Shown here: positions 1-9,476 of the stretch, piece after piece
Layout of the letters: each line of letters starts with the position of its first letter
Numbering within the stretch: position 1 is the first letter of the stretch
DNA from: Candidatus Methanosuratincola verstraetei
GTDB taxonomy: Archaea; Thermoproteota; Methanomethylicia; Methanomethylicales; Methanomethylicaceae
Direction: 5' to 3'
DNA: 64,000 nt
Assembly: GCA_049570475.1 (NCBI GenBank)
Contig: CP186953.1
Span: forward strand, 480,001 to 544,000
Translations under genes and position numbers: made by a program
Notes under the pieces: model-generated
Seen by the model: only the letters and a program-made list of their open reading frames with translations
Database searches by the model: none
What the model was told of the DNA's origin: nothing

Positions 1-105
1 CCTCTTCCTTGTAGTGAAGACGCTCGCCTGCTCGCTCATCTCGAAGAGCATCCTGAGGATCTCAATCTGCCTGTCGGTGAGAGGCGGTCCCTCAATTTTT
101 GTCAA
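1..105 (-). CDS. 5' end of a winged-HTH transcriptional regulator (runs off the window), divergent from alba
   Basis: Manual translation from TTG at 105: MTKIEGPPLTDRQIEILRMLFEMSEQASVFTTRKR; LTDRQxEIL is a typical wHTH first helix. Confidence 0.6.
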   Translation of the reverse strand, partial: MTKIEGPPLTDRQIEILRMLFEMSEQASVFTTRKR

Positions 106-234
106 AGTGAACCCCTTGGCTTTACATTTGAAAATTAGCTTTTAATAAAGCTTAGCTGTTAACTGACCAAAATATATTTATTTAAGAAATAAATAAACCC
201 ATTAGCCATTTTGATCAACGTTGGGGGAGACCGG

Positions 235-513
235 TTGTCACAAGAGAATGCGATACTGATCGGCAAGAAGCCGCCTATGAGCTACGTACTTGCCTGCCTC
301 ACAGCATTCCACGAGGGTGCGGACGAGGTAGTGATCAAGGCACGCGGCAGGCCGATCAGCACTGCAGTCGATGTTGCGGAGATTGTGAGGAGGAAGTTCA
401 TGCCTTCGGCGTCGATCAGCGAAGTCACAATCGGGACCGAGGAGATCCAGCTCAGGGAAGGGGGGGTCAAGAGGACCAGCTCCATTACCATAAAGATGAG
501 GAGGAAGAAGTGA
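235..513 (+). CDS. albA: DNA/RNA-binding chromatin protein Alba
   Basis: IGKKPxMxYVLA and IKARGRxISxAVDVAEI motifs; TTG start at 235 after GGGGGAG. Confidence 0.95.
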   Translation: MSQENAILIGKKPPMSYVLACLTAFHEGADEVVIKARGRPISTAVDVAEIVRRKFMPSASISEVTIGTEEIQLREGGVKRTSSITIKMRRKK

Positions 514-523
514 GGCGTTTCTT

Positions 524-1021
524 TTGAAGACCCCAATCTGCTATTTCTGCGCCAAGAGCGGAGTCCTGTGCCCCAGGTGCCAGGAGAAGCTGGATAAAGG
601 AGAGATAACCCAAGCGGACGTAGAGGTCTCCAAGTGGTTCATAGACCTCGAGGCAAAGAACCCCCAGCTCAAAGAATACTCCATCCTGAGGACGGTCAAG
701 CTGCCCAACATGGTTATAGTGATGGTGAGCGGCAGCAGCAACAAGGCCCTGCTCTCGAAGGTCAGCAAGCAGCTGAGCGACGAGAAGAGGACGAGCGTAA
801 GGATCGTAGAGAAGACCTCGAGCATAAAGCGGCTGCTCGAGCAGATCGTGACGCCCGCCAGGGTAATGGGCGCAAACACAGTGTGGCTCCCGGACGGCAG
901 CTGGGAGAGCACGATCAAGATGCCCAAATCGGATATGAGGAAGATGCCGGTCGACCCGAAGTCAGCCGAAGAGGCAATCAGGATACTGACCGGAGAGGTA
1001 GTCCACATAGTCTTCGAGTGA
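524..1021 (+). CDS. NusA-like KH-domain protein with N-terminal Zn finger (NusA2 paralog)
   Basis: N-terminal PICxFCxKSGxLCPRC; alba-nusA2-aspS synteny. Confidence 0.8.
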   Translation: MKTPICYFCAKSGVLCPRCQEKLDKGEITQADVEVSKWFIDLEAKNPQLKEYSILRTVKLPNMVIVMVSGSSNKALLSKVSKQLSDEKRTSVRIVEKTSSIKRLLEQIVTPARVMGANTVWLPDGSWESTIKMPKSDMRKMPVDPKSAEEAIRILTGEVVHIVFE

Positions 1022-1085
1022 TTGTGCGGCAGCACTAAGCTTTTTACACCGCCGGTTCAAATCGTTTTGAGGCGAGGTGCGACAC

Positions 1086-2405
1086 ATGTCGATCAGGACT
1101 CACTACGCAGCTCAAGTCAAGCCCGAGGACGAAGGAAAAGAAGTCACAGTTGCAGGTTGGGTGCACAAGATAAGGGACCTCGGGAAGCTCAAGTTCATAG
1201 TGCTGAGGGACAGGACTGGCATTCTCCAAGTAACGCTCAAGAAAGGTAGCGTTGACGAGAGCATGATCTCACTAGCGGAGAAGTTGAGGGAGGAGGATGT
1301 CATCTTGATCACAGGGGCTGTCAAGGCGACAAGGATAGCGCCCGGGGGGAGGGAGCTCGTACCTTCCAGAATCGAGGTCGTCAACAAGACCCTGGAGCCA
1401 GTCCCAGTCTCGGTATCTGGGAAGATCGAGTCGAACCTGGACACGAGGCTAGACCACAGGGTGCTGGACCTGCGCCGCCCAGAGGTCGCCGCTGTCTTCA
1501 GGGTGCAGTCAAAGCTCCTCGAGGGGATGCAGGAGTACCTCTGGAAGGAAGGCTTCCAGCAGGTTTTCACCCCGTGCCTGATGGGCGCAGCATCCGAGAG
1601 CGGAGCCGAGGTCTTCCCCGTAGTTTACTTCAACAAGAGCGCTTTCCTGAGGCAGGACCCGCAGCTCCACAGGCAGCTGGCGGTGATCTCGGGGATGGAC
1701 CGCATTTACGACCTGGGGCCGAGCTGGAGGGCCGAGCTGAGCCATACGCCGAGGCACCTATGCGAGCACAGGGGGTGCGCGGTTGAGCTCGGCTTCATCA
1801 GGGACGAGTATGAAGTAATGAGGATCGAGGAGGGGCTCGTCAGGAGCGGCGTCGCAAAAGTCGTGAGCGATTGCAAGGAGGAGCTCGAGTTGCTGGGAAA
1901 GGAGATCAGTGTCCCCCAGGCGCCGTTCCCAGAGATCAAATTCCCTGAAGTCTACGCCATACTCGAGGAGTATGGGAAGAAAATACCCTACGGGGAAGAC
2001 TACGACAGGGAGTCGGAGGCAATACTGGCAAGGCATATCAAGGAGAAGCATGGGTCGGACTTCTTCTTCGTGAACCGCTTCCCGTTCAGGGTCAAGCCTT
2101 TCTACGTGATGAGGGTGGACGAGGATCCGACCTGGGCCAGGAGCGTCGATCTGGTCTGCAAAGGGCTGGAGCTGAGCTCAGGGGGGCAGAGGGAGCACAG
2201 GTACGATAGGATAATCGGGCAGATAAAGGAGAAGGGCATGAGCACGGTCGGGCTCAAGTGGTTCACCGAGTTCTTCAAGTATGGCGCCCCGCCCCACGGT
2301 GGATTCAACATTGGGATAGAGCGGCTCACGATGCAGCTTCTGGATCTGCAAAATGTGCAGGAGGCCTCGCTCTTCCCGAGGACGCCTGAGAGGCTGCTTC
2401 CTTGA
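1086..2405 (+). CDS. aspS: Aspartyl-tRNA synthetase, probably non-discriminating (Asp/Asn)
   Basis: OB fold VAGWVHKIRDLG, class II motifs (WRAELSHTPRHL, PPHGGFNIGIER); His and Pro (IAPGG) at the discrimination positions. Confidence 0.93.
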   Translation: MSIRTHYAAQVKPEDEGKEVTVAGWVHKIRDLGKLKFIVLRDRTGILQVTLKKGSVDESMISLAEKLREEDVILITGAVKATRIAPGGRELVPSRIEVVNKTLEPVPVSVSGKIESNLDTRLDHRVLDLRRPEVAAVFRVQSKLLEGMQEYLWKEGFQQVFTPCLMGAASESGAEVFPVVYFNKSAFLRQDPQLHRQLAVISGMDRIYDLGPSWRAELSHTPRHLCEHRGCAVELGFIRDEYEVMRIEEGLVRSGVAKVVSDCKEELELLGKEISVPQAPFPEIKFPEVYAILEEYGKKIPYGEDYDRESEAILARHIKEKHGSDFFFVNRFPFRVKPFYVMRVDEDPTWARSVDLVCKGLELSSGGQREHRYDRIIGQIKEKGMSTVGLKWFTEFFKYGAPPHGGFNIGIERLTMQLLDLQNVQEASLFPRTPERLLP

Positions 2406-2442
2406 TCTTGGCTTGAATTGCCGCGGCGGATGCGGGTCGGGA

Positions 2443-3756
2443 TCAGAAGCCGGATTCGGCAGGGTCCTCAGGCTTCATGATCTCTCTCAGCACCATTGTG
2501 GCGAAGCACCCCTTGGGGAGGGTCATGCGCAGGGCGACCTTGAAGGATCCGGGGTTCAGATCGTCCACCTGGGGCTGACCAATCTCGAAGCTGACGGGCC
2601 AGAAGACCGCAGGGCGCATCGCCCCCTCGAAATTGGATTCACTGATCTTCGCGAAGTCTTTTTGTGAAATGCCCTCCCTCGAGAATATCTCCGTGTAGAT
2701 TTCTGCGTCGATTCCGCTCAGCCGTGTCCTGAACCCGGGGATGTGGACCATCACGACAGCCTTCTTCGACGCCACCCATGAACGCAGCCTCGAAAGGTTT
2801 GTGCAATCGCACCTGATTGGCCTTGAGGGCAGGTTAGCCTTGTCAAGGGGTGAGACGAGGTCGCCCTCAGAGACGTCGAATGGTCCTGCCTCCTCCAGCC
2901 TCCGCGAGAGTGCCAGGTTGAAGAGGTAAGACTGGTATGCATTCACGAAGAGCCTCCTCAGGTCGCCCGGCAGGGCCAATAATGCGCCCTTGTAGTCTCC
3001 AGGTCGCTCCAAGAGCCTCCTAATTACCGCCCTTTCGAGGCCGAGCGACATCGGGAACGAGGACTCGGCCCTCCGCAGGTCCCAGCTATCCCTCAGATCT
3101 TTCCTTGCCAAGAACGCATCCTCTGGCTCCCCGGGATAGGGAGAGGAAAGGAACTCCTTGACAGCCCCTTCGAAGTCCCCCTTGATCAGGAGCTTCCCGA
3201 CCCTGTGCGTGTTCGGCCTGGTGACCCCGAACCTCTGGTGCCCGAAGTAATTTGGCACCCACCCGGGGCGCAGTGCCGATCCGTCGGGAGGGCTTTGGAT
3301 CGCCCGTATGACGATCGTGAAGCGGTTCCCCAGCAGATCCCCAGGCCTCACCTGCCATCTTGCAGGCCCGATGACCCTGATGCTCACGCCGTCTATGTCT
3401 GAGGGGGGGATCCATGAGACCAAAGGCAGCCCGACTGAGATGAGCTGGTAGGTCACGGCGCTCCTGTCCTTTATGCCCGCATACCCTATCTGAGCGCCCA
3501 ACCTCCGCTCTAGCATGGAGACGAGCGGGATGAGATCTCTGGACCGCTTCTCGAGCACCGCGAGCGAGAAATCCCCCTCGCCGCGATTGAGGCGTTCCAG
3601 ATCCTTGTTGACGACAAATCCCTCGGGCGTTATCTCCTCGACGATGAAGTCTTCTGGCACCTGCCTGAGCCTCCCGCCGATCGGCGGGGCATCGGTGGAG
3701 TAGTAGATCATTCCGAGGTCGGACTCTAGGCGTGACCTTGTCTTGGGCAGTTTCAT
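2443..3756 (-). CDS. truD: tRNA pseudouridine(13) synthase TruD/Pus7
   Basis: PEDFIVEE, YAGIKD, PNYFGHQRFG and LPKGCFATMVLRE motifs. Confidence 0.95.
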   Translation of the reverse strand: MKLPKTRSRLESDLGMIYYSTDAPPIGGRLRQVPEDFIVEEITPEGFVVNKDLERLNRGEGDFSLAVLEKRSRDLIPLVSMLERRLGAQIGYAGIKDRSAVTYQLISVGLPLVSWIPPSDIDGVSIRVIGPARWQVRPGDLLGNRFTIVIRAIQSPPDGSALRPGWVPNYFGHQRFGVTRPNTHRVGKLLIKGDFEGAVKEFLSSPYPGEPEDAFLARKDLRDSWDLRRAESSFPMSLGLERAVIRRLLERPGDYKGALLALPGDLRRLFVNAYQSYLFNLALSRRLEEAGPFDVSEGDLVSPLDKANLPSRPIRCDCTNLSRLRSWVASKKAVVMVHIPGFRTRLSGIDAEIYTEIFSREGISQKDFAKISESNFEGAMRPAVFWPVSFEIGQPQVDDLNPGSFKVALRMTLPKGCFATMVLREIMKPEDPAESGF

Positions 3757-3767
3757 TTTTTTGATCC

Positions 3768-4127
3768 TCAGAGCAGCTTCAGCTTTCCGGTTATGCGGTC
3801 GATGTCCTCGGAGGGCGCAGGCCCTATCCCGAGGCACGTGACAGTCCCTGGCTCCAGCTCAGTCAGGCCTGCATCCTGGATCAGTGCGTTTGGGACCCGC
3901 TCCCTGTCAGCCCTTTCCTTGAGTTCGAGGACTTCGCTGAGGGACGGGGCCTTCAGCACGACCTTCTTCTGCCCCTCCTCAAGCCAAGCCTCTGCCCAGA
4001 TCGGCCTAGCCCTTGCTGCACTGAGGTATGAAGAGACGGAGGCGTGGGCTACCTGGGCAGCGGTCTTCCCCTTGCTCATCTTCAGATCCTGGCGCACCAC
4101 GATAGCCTGCTTGTACTGGAAGCGCAT
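3768..4127 (-). CDS. pth2: Peptidyl-tRNA hydrolase Pth2
   Basis: KQAIVVRQDLKMSKGKTAAQVAHA, GQKKVVLK, DAGLTE. Confidence 0.96.
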   Translation of the reverse strand: MRFQYKQAIVVRQDLKMSKGKTAAQVAHASVSSYLSAARARPIWAEAWLEEGQKKVVLKAPSLSEVLELKERADRERVPNALIQDAGLTELEPGTVTCLGIGPAPSEDIDRITGKLKLL

Positions 4128-4184
4128 ACAGATGCACGGATTTTTTAAAATGCTGGAGTGTAAAAAGGATATCGAGGGAAAAAG

Positions 4185-5282
4185 TTGAGGGATCTCCTTG
4201 TTGTTGGGGGCGGGCCCGCAGGGCTCTCTGCCGCAATAGAGGCTGCAAGGCTCGGCGTTGAGGTGGAGGTTCTGGAGGAGCACGCCGAGGTCGGCATCCC
4301 GGAGCACTGCGCCGGGCTCGTCAGCCTGAAGGGGCTGCAGGAGATAATTGGGTCAGGTGCACCGATAATCAGGGAGATCAGGGGGTTCAGGGTCTATTCC
4401 CCTTCAGGGAAGGCATACACTGTCAAGGGGGAAGAGGCGAAGGCTGCAGTCATTGACAGGCCGGCATTCGAGAGGGAGCTCCTCCGGAGGGCGGAGGCAA
4501 GCGGGGTCACAGTCACCCTCGGCGAGCGGTTCAGGGGGGACGAGAGGTTCATGGTCCTGATCAATGCAGAGGGGACGGCTGGAAGGGTGTCCAAGAGGAT
4601 CGGCTTGGGGGTCCCTGAGTCCATCCCTGCCGCGCAGCTTGACCTGGAGACCCCGGATTTTGACGACGATCTGGTGGAGATATACCTAGGCAGCCTCGCG
4701 CCTGGATTCTTCGCTTGGGCGGTGCCTAGGAGGGACGGCGTCAGGGTTGGGCTCGCTGCGCGCGGGGTGGTGCCGCTGAGATCGCTGGAGATTCTGCTCG
4801 ATAAATTCAGGCCTTGGAGGAGGTTCTCAGGGGCCAGGAGGTCTGCGCCTATATTTGGGAAGGTAGTAATTGGGGGGCCGCTTAATGTGGCACACAGGGG
4901 GAGTGCGGTTGCAATCGGAGACGCCGGGGGTTTTGTTAAGCCGACGACCGGCGGCGGGGTCGTCCTTGGCTGCCTCACTGCGAGGATTGCAGCCAGGGCT
5001 GCGTGCAGATTCCTGTCAGGGGGAGGGGACCTGAGTTCTTTCGAAAAGGCATGGAAGAGTTCTTACGGGCTGGATTTCGCGCTGATGAGGCTGGCTAGAT
5101 CGATTTACAACAGGATGGATGCTAGCGAGGTCGACAGTGCCCTTGAAGCACTCTACTCAAGCGGGGCGCTGAAGGGCGCAATCCAGCATGACATGGACCT
5201 GCAAGGGAAGGCGCTCTGGAGGCTGGCTAGGTCAAGGATGTTCTTAAGGATCGTGCCCGCCGCGGTGAGGGCAATCTTATGA
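4185..5282 (+). CDS. Geranylgeranyl reductase family FAD oxidoreductase
   Basis: GGGPAG, PEHCAG, FFAWAVP, GDAGGFVKPTTGGG motifs. Confidence 0.85.
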   Translation: MRDLLVVGGGPAGLSAAIEAARLGVEVEVLEEHAEVGIPEHCAGLVSLKGLQEIIGSGAPIIREIRGFRVYSPSGKAYTVKGEEAKAAVIDRPAFERELLRRAEASGVTVTLGERFRGDERFMVLINAEGTAGRVSKRIGLGVPESIPAAQLDLETPDFDDDLVEIYLGSLAPGFFAWAVPRRDGVRVGLAARGVVPLRSLEILLDKFRPWRRFSGARRSAPIFGKVVIGGPLNVAHRGSAVAIGDAGGFVKPTTGGGVVLGCLTARIAARAACRFLSGGGDLSSFEKAWKSSYGLDFALMRLARSIYNRMDASEVDSALEALYSSGALKGAIQHDMDLQGKALWRLARSRMFLRIVPAAVRAIL

Positions 5283-5365
5283 CGCCGCTCGGCCTTGAGG
5301 GCTGCATTTTGGCAATACTTTATATATGAGCGGACTTCTTTTTCATCTTACTTTGGTGGAGATCA

Positions 5366-5542
5366 ATGAGCGAGCTCGAGTTGCCTACCTGTGTTTCCTG
5401 CAAAGAGCCGATACTCCCAGACCAGAAGGGAGTCAGGCTGCCCTGCCCGAACTGCGGCGAGGTAGTCTTCTGGAGGTGCAGGAGGTGCAGGGACTTGGTG
5501 AACAACTACAAGTGCCCGAAGTGCGGCTTCCAAGGGCCATGA
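5366..5542 (+). CDS. Small Zn-ribbon protein (DUF1610/COG2888), missed by ORF track
   Basis: 58 aa with four CxxC pairs, ending YKCPKCGFQGP; directly upstream of EF-1beta as is usual. Confidence 0.92.
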   Translation: MSELELPTCVSCKEPILPDQKGVRLPCPNCGEVVFWRCRRCRDLVNNYKCPKCGFQGP

Positions 5543-5552
5543 GGGGGGTTGG

Positions 5553-5843
5553 TTGATCGTGTCCAAGCTTCTTGCTGTGATCAAGATTCTTCCCGAGGAC
5601 GATTCCGTGAGCCTCGACAAGCTCAAGGACGATCTGAAGGCTGCGCTCCCCAAGGGGGAGAAAGACCTGTACGTCCACAAGTTCCAGGAGGAGGAGATAG
5701 CCTTCGGGCTGAAGGCACTGAAGGTGTTCGTCATAATGCCCGGGGATTATTCAGGCGGGACGCAGCCTGTCGAGGATGCATTCGCGGCGGTAAAGGGAGT
5801 CGGGCAGGTGGACGTTGAGATAGTCCAGACGCTGCCCGGTTGA
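5553..5843 (+). CDS. ef1b: Translation elongation factor 1-beta
   Basis: EEEIAFGLKAL motif, size and synteny. Confidence 0.95.
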   Translation: MIVSKLLAVIKILPEDDSVSLDKLKDDLKAALPKGEKDLYVHKFQEEEIAFGLKALKVFVIMPGDYSGGTQPVEDAFAAVKGVGQVDVEIVQTLPG

Positions 5844-5947
5844 CATCTTTTTTGCAAAAAGGATTTAATAACATTCGTTGTTAGCCTAAATAGGTAGGCA
5901 GACTATCACCAGACTCAAGTTTTGGGAAGAGAGAAGTGGTGTATTGT

Positions 5948-8134
5948 ATGGAGGGTTCTAAAGAGGTCGTACTCAGGGTAGCTGAATCGAAGCAGAGGGA
6001 CGTGGGCAGGGGCAAGGTCAGGATCGACGCGGACGCGATGAAGAAGATAGGCGTCAGCGTCGGCGACGTGATAGAGATAGAGGGGAAGAGGAAGACGGCC
6101 GCGATAGTATGGCCCGCCTACACCGAGGATCAGGGGATGGACATAATAAGGATGGACGGCCTCATCCGCAAGAATGCAGGGGTCGGGATAGGGGAGAAGA
6201 TCACAATCAGGAAGGCCGAGTCCAAGCCTGCAAGCCTCGTCAAGCTCGCACCTCTCTCGTTCACGATAAGCGTGGATTCAGGTTTCGTGAGCTTCGTGAA
6301 GAGGAGGCTCGCCGACACTCCGGTGGTGGAAGGCGACAACGTCCTGATACCTGTTCTTGGGCAGGCGATCCCGTTCGCAGTGGTCTCGACCAAGCCCTCC
6401 GGGATAGTCATGGTGAACGAGGAGACCACCCTGACGATCCTTGAGAAGCCCGCGGAGGCTGCCAAAGTCCCGCGCGTCACGTATGAGGACGTCGGAGGGC
6501 TCAAAGATGCCATCGAGAAGGTAAGGGAGATGGTGGAGCTCCCGCTGAAGCACCCGGAGCTTTTCAAGAGGCTCGGGATCGATCCGCCGAAGGGGGTCCT
6601 GCTCTACGGACCGCCCGGGTGCGGCAAGACGCTCCTCGCGAAGGCAGTGGCAAATGAGACTGAGTCGTACTTCATCGCCATCAACGGCCCCGAGATCATG
6701 AGCAAGTTCTACGGCGAGTCGGAGCAGAAGCTCAGGGAGTTCTTCGACGAGGCGAAGCAGCACGCGCCCGCGATCATATTCATAGACGAGCTCGATGCGA
6801 TAGCCCCAAAGAGGGAGGAAGTCACAGGGGAGGTCGAGAAGAGGGTCGTCGCCCAGCTGCTTGCCCTGCTAGACGGCCTAGAGACGCGCGGCGATGTGAT
6901 CGTGATCGGGGCTACCAACAGGCAGAATGCGATAGACCCTGCCCTGAGGAGACCCGGCAGGTTCGACCGCGAGATCGAGATCGGGGTGCCAGATGTCAAG
7001 GGCAGGTACGAGATCCTGCAGATACACACCAGGAATATGCCGCTGGCGAAGGATGTGGACCTTAACAGGCTCGCGAGCCTCACCCACGGCTTCGTCGGGG
7101 CTGATCTGGCAGCGCTCGCAAGGGAGGCCGCGATGAAGGCGCTCAGGAGGTACCTGCCGGAGATAGACATCCAGCAGGAGAGGGTTCCGCAGGAGTTCCT
7201 CGAGAAGCTTGAGATCACGATGGAGGACTTCATGAACGCGTTCAGGGAGGTCACACCGACCGAGCTCAGGGAGGTCTATGTCGAGATACCAAATGTCAGG
7301 TGGAGCGACATAGGAGGGCTCGACTCGATAAAGCAGGAGCTGATAGAGGCGATCGAGTGGCCGCTGAAATACCCTGAAAGGTTCAAGAGGCTTGGCATAA
7401 AGCCGCCGAAGGGGGTCCTGCTCTACGGACCGCCCGGGTGCGGCAAGACGCTCCTCGCGAAGGCAGTGGCAAATGAGAGCGAGGCCAACTTCATCACGGT
7501 CAAGGGTCCAGAGATCTTCAGCAAGTGGGTCGGAGAGTCCGAGCGTGCGATAAGGGAGGTGTTCAGGAAGGCAAGGACGGCGGCCCCGGTAGTCATATTC
7601 TTCGATGAAATCGACTCGATCGCTCCCATGAGGGGTGGCGGCTCGAGCGACTCGATGGTCACGGAGAGGGTCATAAGCCAGCTCCTGACTGAGATGGATG
7701 GCCTGGTAGGGCTCTTCAATGTCGTCATCATAGGAGCCACAAACAGGCCAGACATCATCGACCCGGCGCTGCTGCGCCCCGGGAGATTTGACAAGCTGCT
7801 GTTTGTCCCAGAGCCGGACAACGAGACGAGGATGCAGATCTTCAAGATACACACAAGGGACATGCCGCTGGCGAAGGATGTGGACCTTGACAGGCTGGTG
7901 GCGATGACGATGAACTACGCAGGATCCGACATAGAGGCGCTATGCAGGGAAGCCGGCATGATGGCGCTGAGGGAGGACCCGAATGCTAAGGAGGTCCAGA
8001 TGAAGCACTTCCTCAAGGCTAAGGAGAAAATACGACCAACCATAAGCGAAGAGATGCTCAAGTACTACAAGGCATGGGAGGAGAGGAGCAAGCAGTCCCT
8101 GAGGGGCAAGTCGCCGCTCATCAATTTCATCTGA
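5948..8134 (+). CDS. cdc48: CDC48/VCP family AAA+ ATPase
   Basis: N domain plus two AAA domains (GPPGCGKT twice; [10 protein letters not shown]-like and LLRPGRFD arginine fingers). Confidence 0.97.
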   Translation: MEGSKEVVLRVAESKQRDVGRGKVRIDADAMKKIGVSVGDVIEIEGKRKTAAIVWPAYTEDQGMDIIRMDGLIRKNAGVGIGEKITIRKAESKPASLVKLAPLSFTISVDSGFVSFVKRRLADTPVVEGDNVLIPVLGQAIPFAVVSTKPSGIVMVNEETTLTILEKPAEAAKVPRVTYEDVGGLKDAIEKVREMVELPLKHPELFKRLGIDPPKGVLLYGPPGCGKTLLAKAVANETESYFIAINGPEIMSKFYGESEQKLREFFDEAKQHAPAIIFIDELDAIAPKREEVTGEVEKRVVAQLLALLDGLETRGDVIVIGATNRQNAIDPALRRPGRFDREIEIGVPDVKGRYEILQIHTRNMPLAKDVDLNRLASLTHGFVGADLAALAREAAMKALRRYLPEIDIQQERVPQEFLEKLEITMEDFMNAFREVTPTELREVYVEIPNVRWSDIGGLDSIKQELIEAIEWPLKYPERFKRLGIKPPKGVLLYGPPGCGKTLLAKAVANESEANFITVKGPEIFSKWVGESERAIREVFRKARTAAPVVIFFDEIDSIAPMRGGGSSDSMVTERVISQLLTEMDGLVGLFNVVIIGATNRPDIIDPALLRPGRFDKLLFVPEPDNETRMQIFKIHTRDMPLAKDVDLDRLVAMTMNYAGSDIEALCREAGMMALREDPNAKEVQMKHFLKAKEKIRPTISEEMLKYYKAWEERSKQSLRGKSPLINFI
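6584..7478 (+). repeat. 76-bp perfect direct repeat (6584-6659 and 7403-7478) inside cdc48
   Basis: Base-by-base comparison of the two Walker A regions. Confidence 0.9.
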
Positions 8135-8171
8135 TTGTATTTGCAGGGTTGGAGTGGGGACAGGGAGAGTG

Positions 8172-8417
8172 ATGCAGCTGGCAGAAGAAGGGATAAGGTG
8201 GAGGACCGAGTCGCCGGAGCTGATAGTTCTGGACCTCCTTGCGAAGAGGCAGGGGACACTAAAGGAGGAGGAGCTCGTCGAGATGCTCAGGGCAATGATG
8301 AAGGACATCTCAATGCTCGAGATAAACAAGATACTGATGAACCTAGAGCTGAGGGGCAAGATAACAGTATCGCAGATCAAGAAGGGGAGGGTGATCTCCC
8401 TCCTTCAGCCGAAATAG
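8172..8417 (+). CDS. Small winged-helix-like hypothetical protein
   Basis: Helical pattern ending in LMNLELRGKITV; sits between cdc48 and fen. Confidence 0.65.
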   Translation: MQLAEEGIRWRTESPELIVLDLLAKRQGTLKEEELVEMLRAMMKDISMLEINKILMNLELRGKITVSQIKKGRVISLLQPK

Positions 8418-8438
8418 TGCGCGGCGGGGTGACAGCCC

Positions 8439-9473
8439 CTGGGCGTAAACCTGAAGGATCTCGTCAAGCACACCCCCATCCCGCTCGAGGGTCTCGGGGG
8501 GCGCATACTCGCCATTGATGGTTACAATGCGCTCTACCAGTTCCTAGCAATAATAAGGCAGCCTGATGGGAGCCCGCTGATGGACTCGAAGGGCAGGGTC
8601 ACAAGCCACCTGAGCGGCATCTTCTACAGGACCGTCAACCTACTCGAGGCGGGGGTGAAGCCTGTCTACACATTTGACGGAAAGCCGCCGGAGATGAAGG
8701 CGGAGGAGATATCTCGGAGGGTGGAGACAAAGGAGAAGGCAAAGGCTGAGTACAGGAAGGCAATAGAGAGGGGCGACCTGAAGGCAGCGAGGAAGCATGC
8801 GCAGGCCACCTCTAGGCTCACGTCAGAAATGGTCGATCAGTCGAAGTCTCTGCTAGATCTCCTGGGCGTGCCCTGGGTGCAGGCCCCTTCGGAGGGGGAA
8901 GCGCAGGCCGCCTACATGGCGATGAAAGGAGACGCATGGGCGGTGGCAAGCCAGGACTACGATTCGTTGCTCTTCGGGGCTCCCAGGCTCGTCAGGAACC
9001 TGACCATCTCGGGGAGGAGGAAGCTCCCTAACAAGCCCGTTTACGTGAGCATCGAGCCCGAGCTGGTGGAGCTTGAGGAGGTCCTGAAGGAGAACGGGCT
9101 GACCAGGGAGATGCTCGTCGATCTGGGGATACTCATCGGGACGGACTTCAACCCAGAGGGGTTCAAGGGCATAGGCCCTAAGAAGGCGCTGAAGATACTG
9201 AAGGAGGCTGGATCTCTTGAAGGGGCACTGGAGCGCGGGCTTGTGGAGGGGGGCCAAGGCATAGACTACAGGGCCATCAGGGAGATCTTCCTTAAACCAA
9301 CGGTTAGGGGCGACTACAGCCTGGCTTGGGGCGAGGTCGATACCGAGGGGGTTTTGGGTTACCTCTGTGACGGGTTCGACTTCTCCCCTGAGAGGATAAG
9401 GAGCGCGCTAGTGAGGCTCGTGGAGAAGGGGAAGGAGAAGAAGCGCCAGCCTGACCTTATGAGATGGTTCTAG
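8439..9473 (+). CDS. fen: Flap endonuclease 1 (CTG start; ORF track truncates it)
   Basis: Frame extends to (M)GVNLKDL...AIDGYNALYQFL; EGEAQAA, SQDYD, C-terminal PIP box QPDLMRWF. Confidence 0.95.
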   Translation: MGVNLKDLVKHTPIPLEGLGGRILAIDGYNALYQFLAIIRQPDGSPLMDSKGRVTSHLSGIFYRTVNLLEAGVKPVYTFDGKPPEMKAEEISRRVETKEKAKAEYRKAIERGDLKAARKHAQATSRLTSEMVDQSKSLLDLLGVPWVQAPSEGEAQAAYMAMKGDAWAVASQDYDSLLFGAPRLVRNLTISGRRKLPNKPVYVSIEPELVELEEVLKENGLTREMLVDLGILIGTDFNPEGFKGIGPKKALKILKEAGSLEGALERGLVEGGQGIDYRAIREIFLKPTVRGDYSLAWGEVDTEGVLGYLCDGFDFSPERIRSALVRLVEKGKEKKRQPDLMRWF

Positions 9474-9476
9474 ACA

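Noticed and set aside
6878-7852. Long antisense and alternative-frame ORFs (e.g. 324 aa here, 19029-19751, 35706-36437, 60203-60985)
   Set aside because: Shadows of GC3-rich conserved genes, with no motifs of their own.
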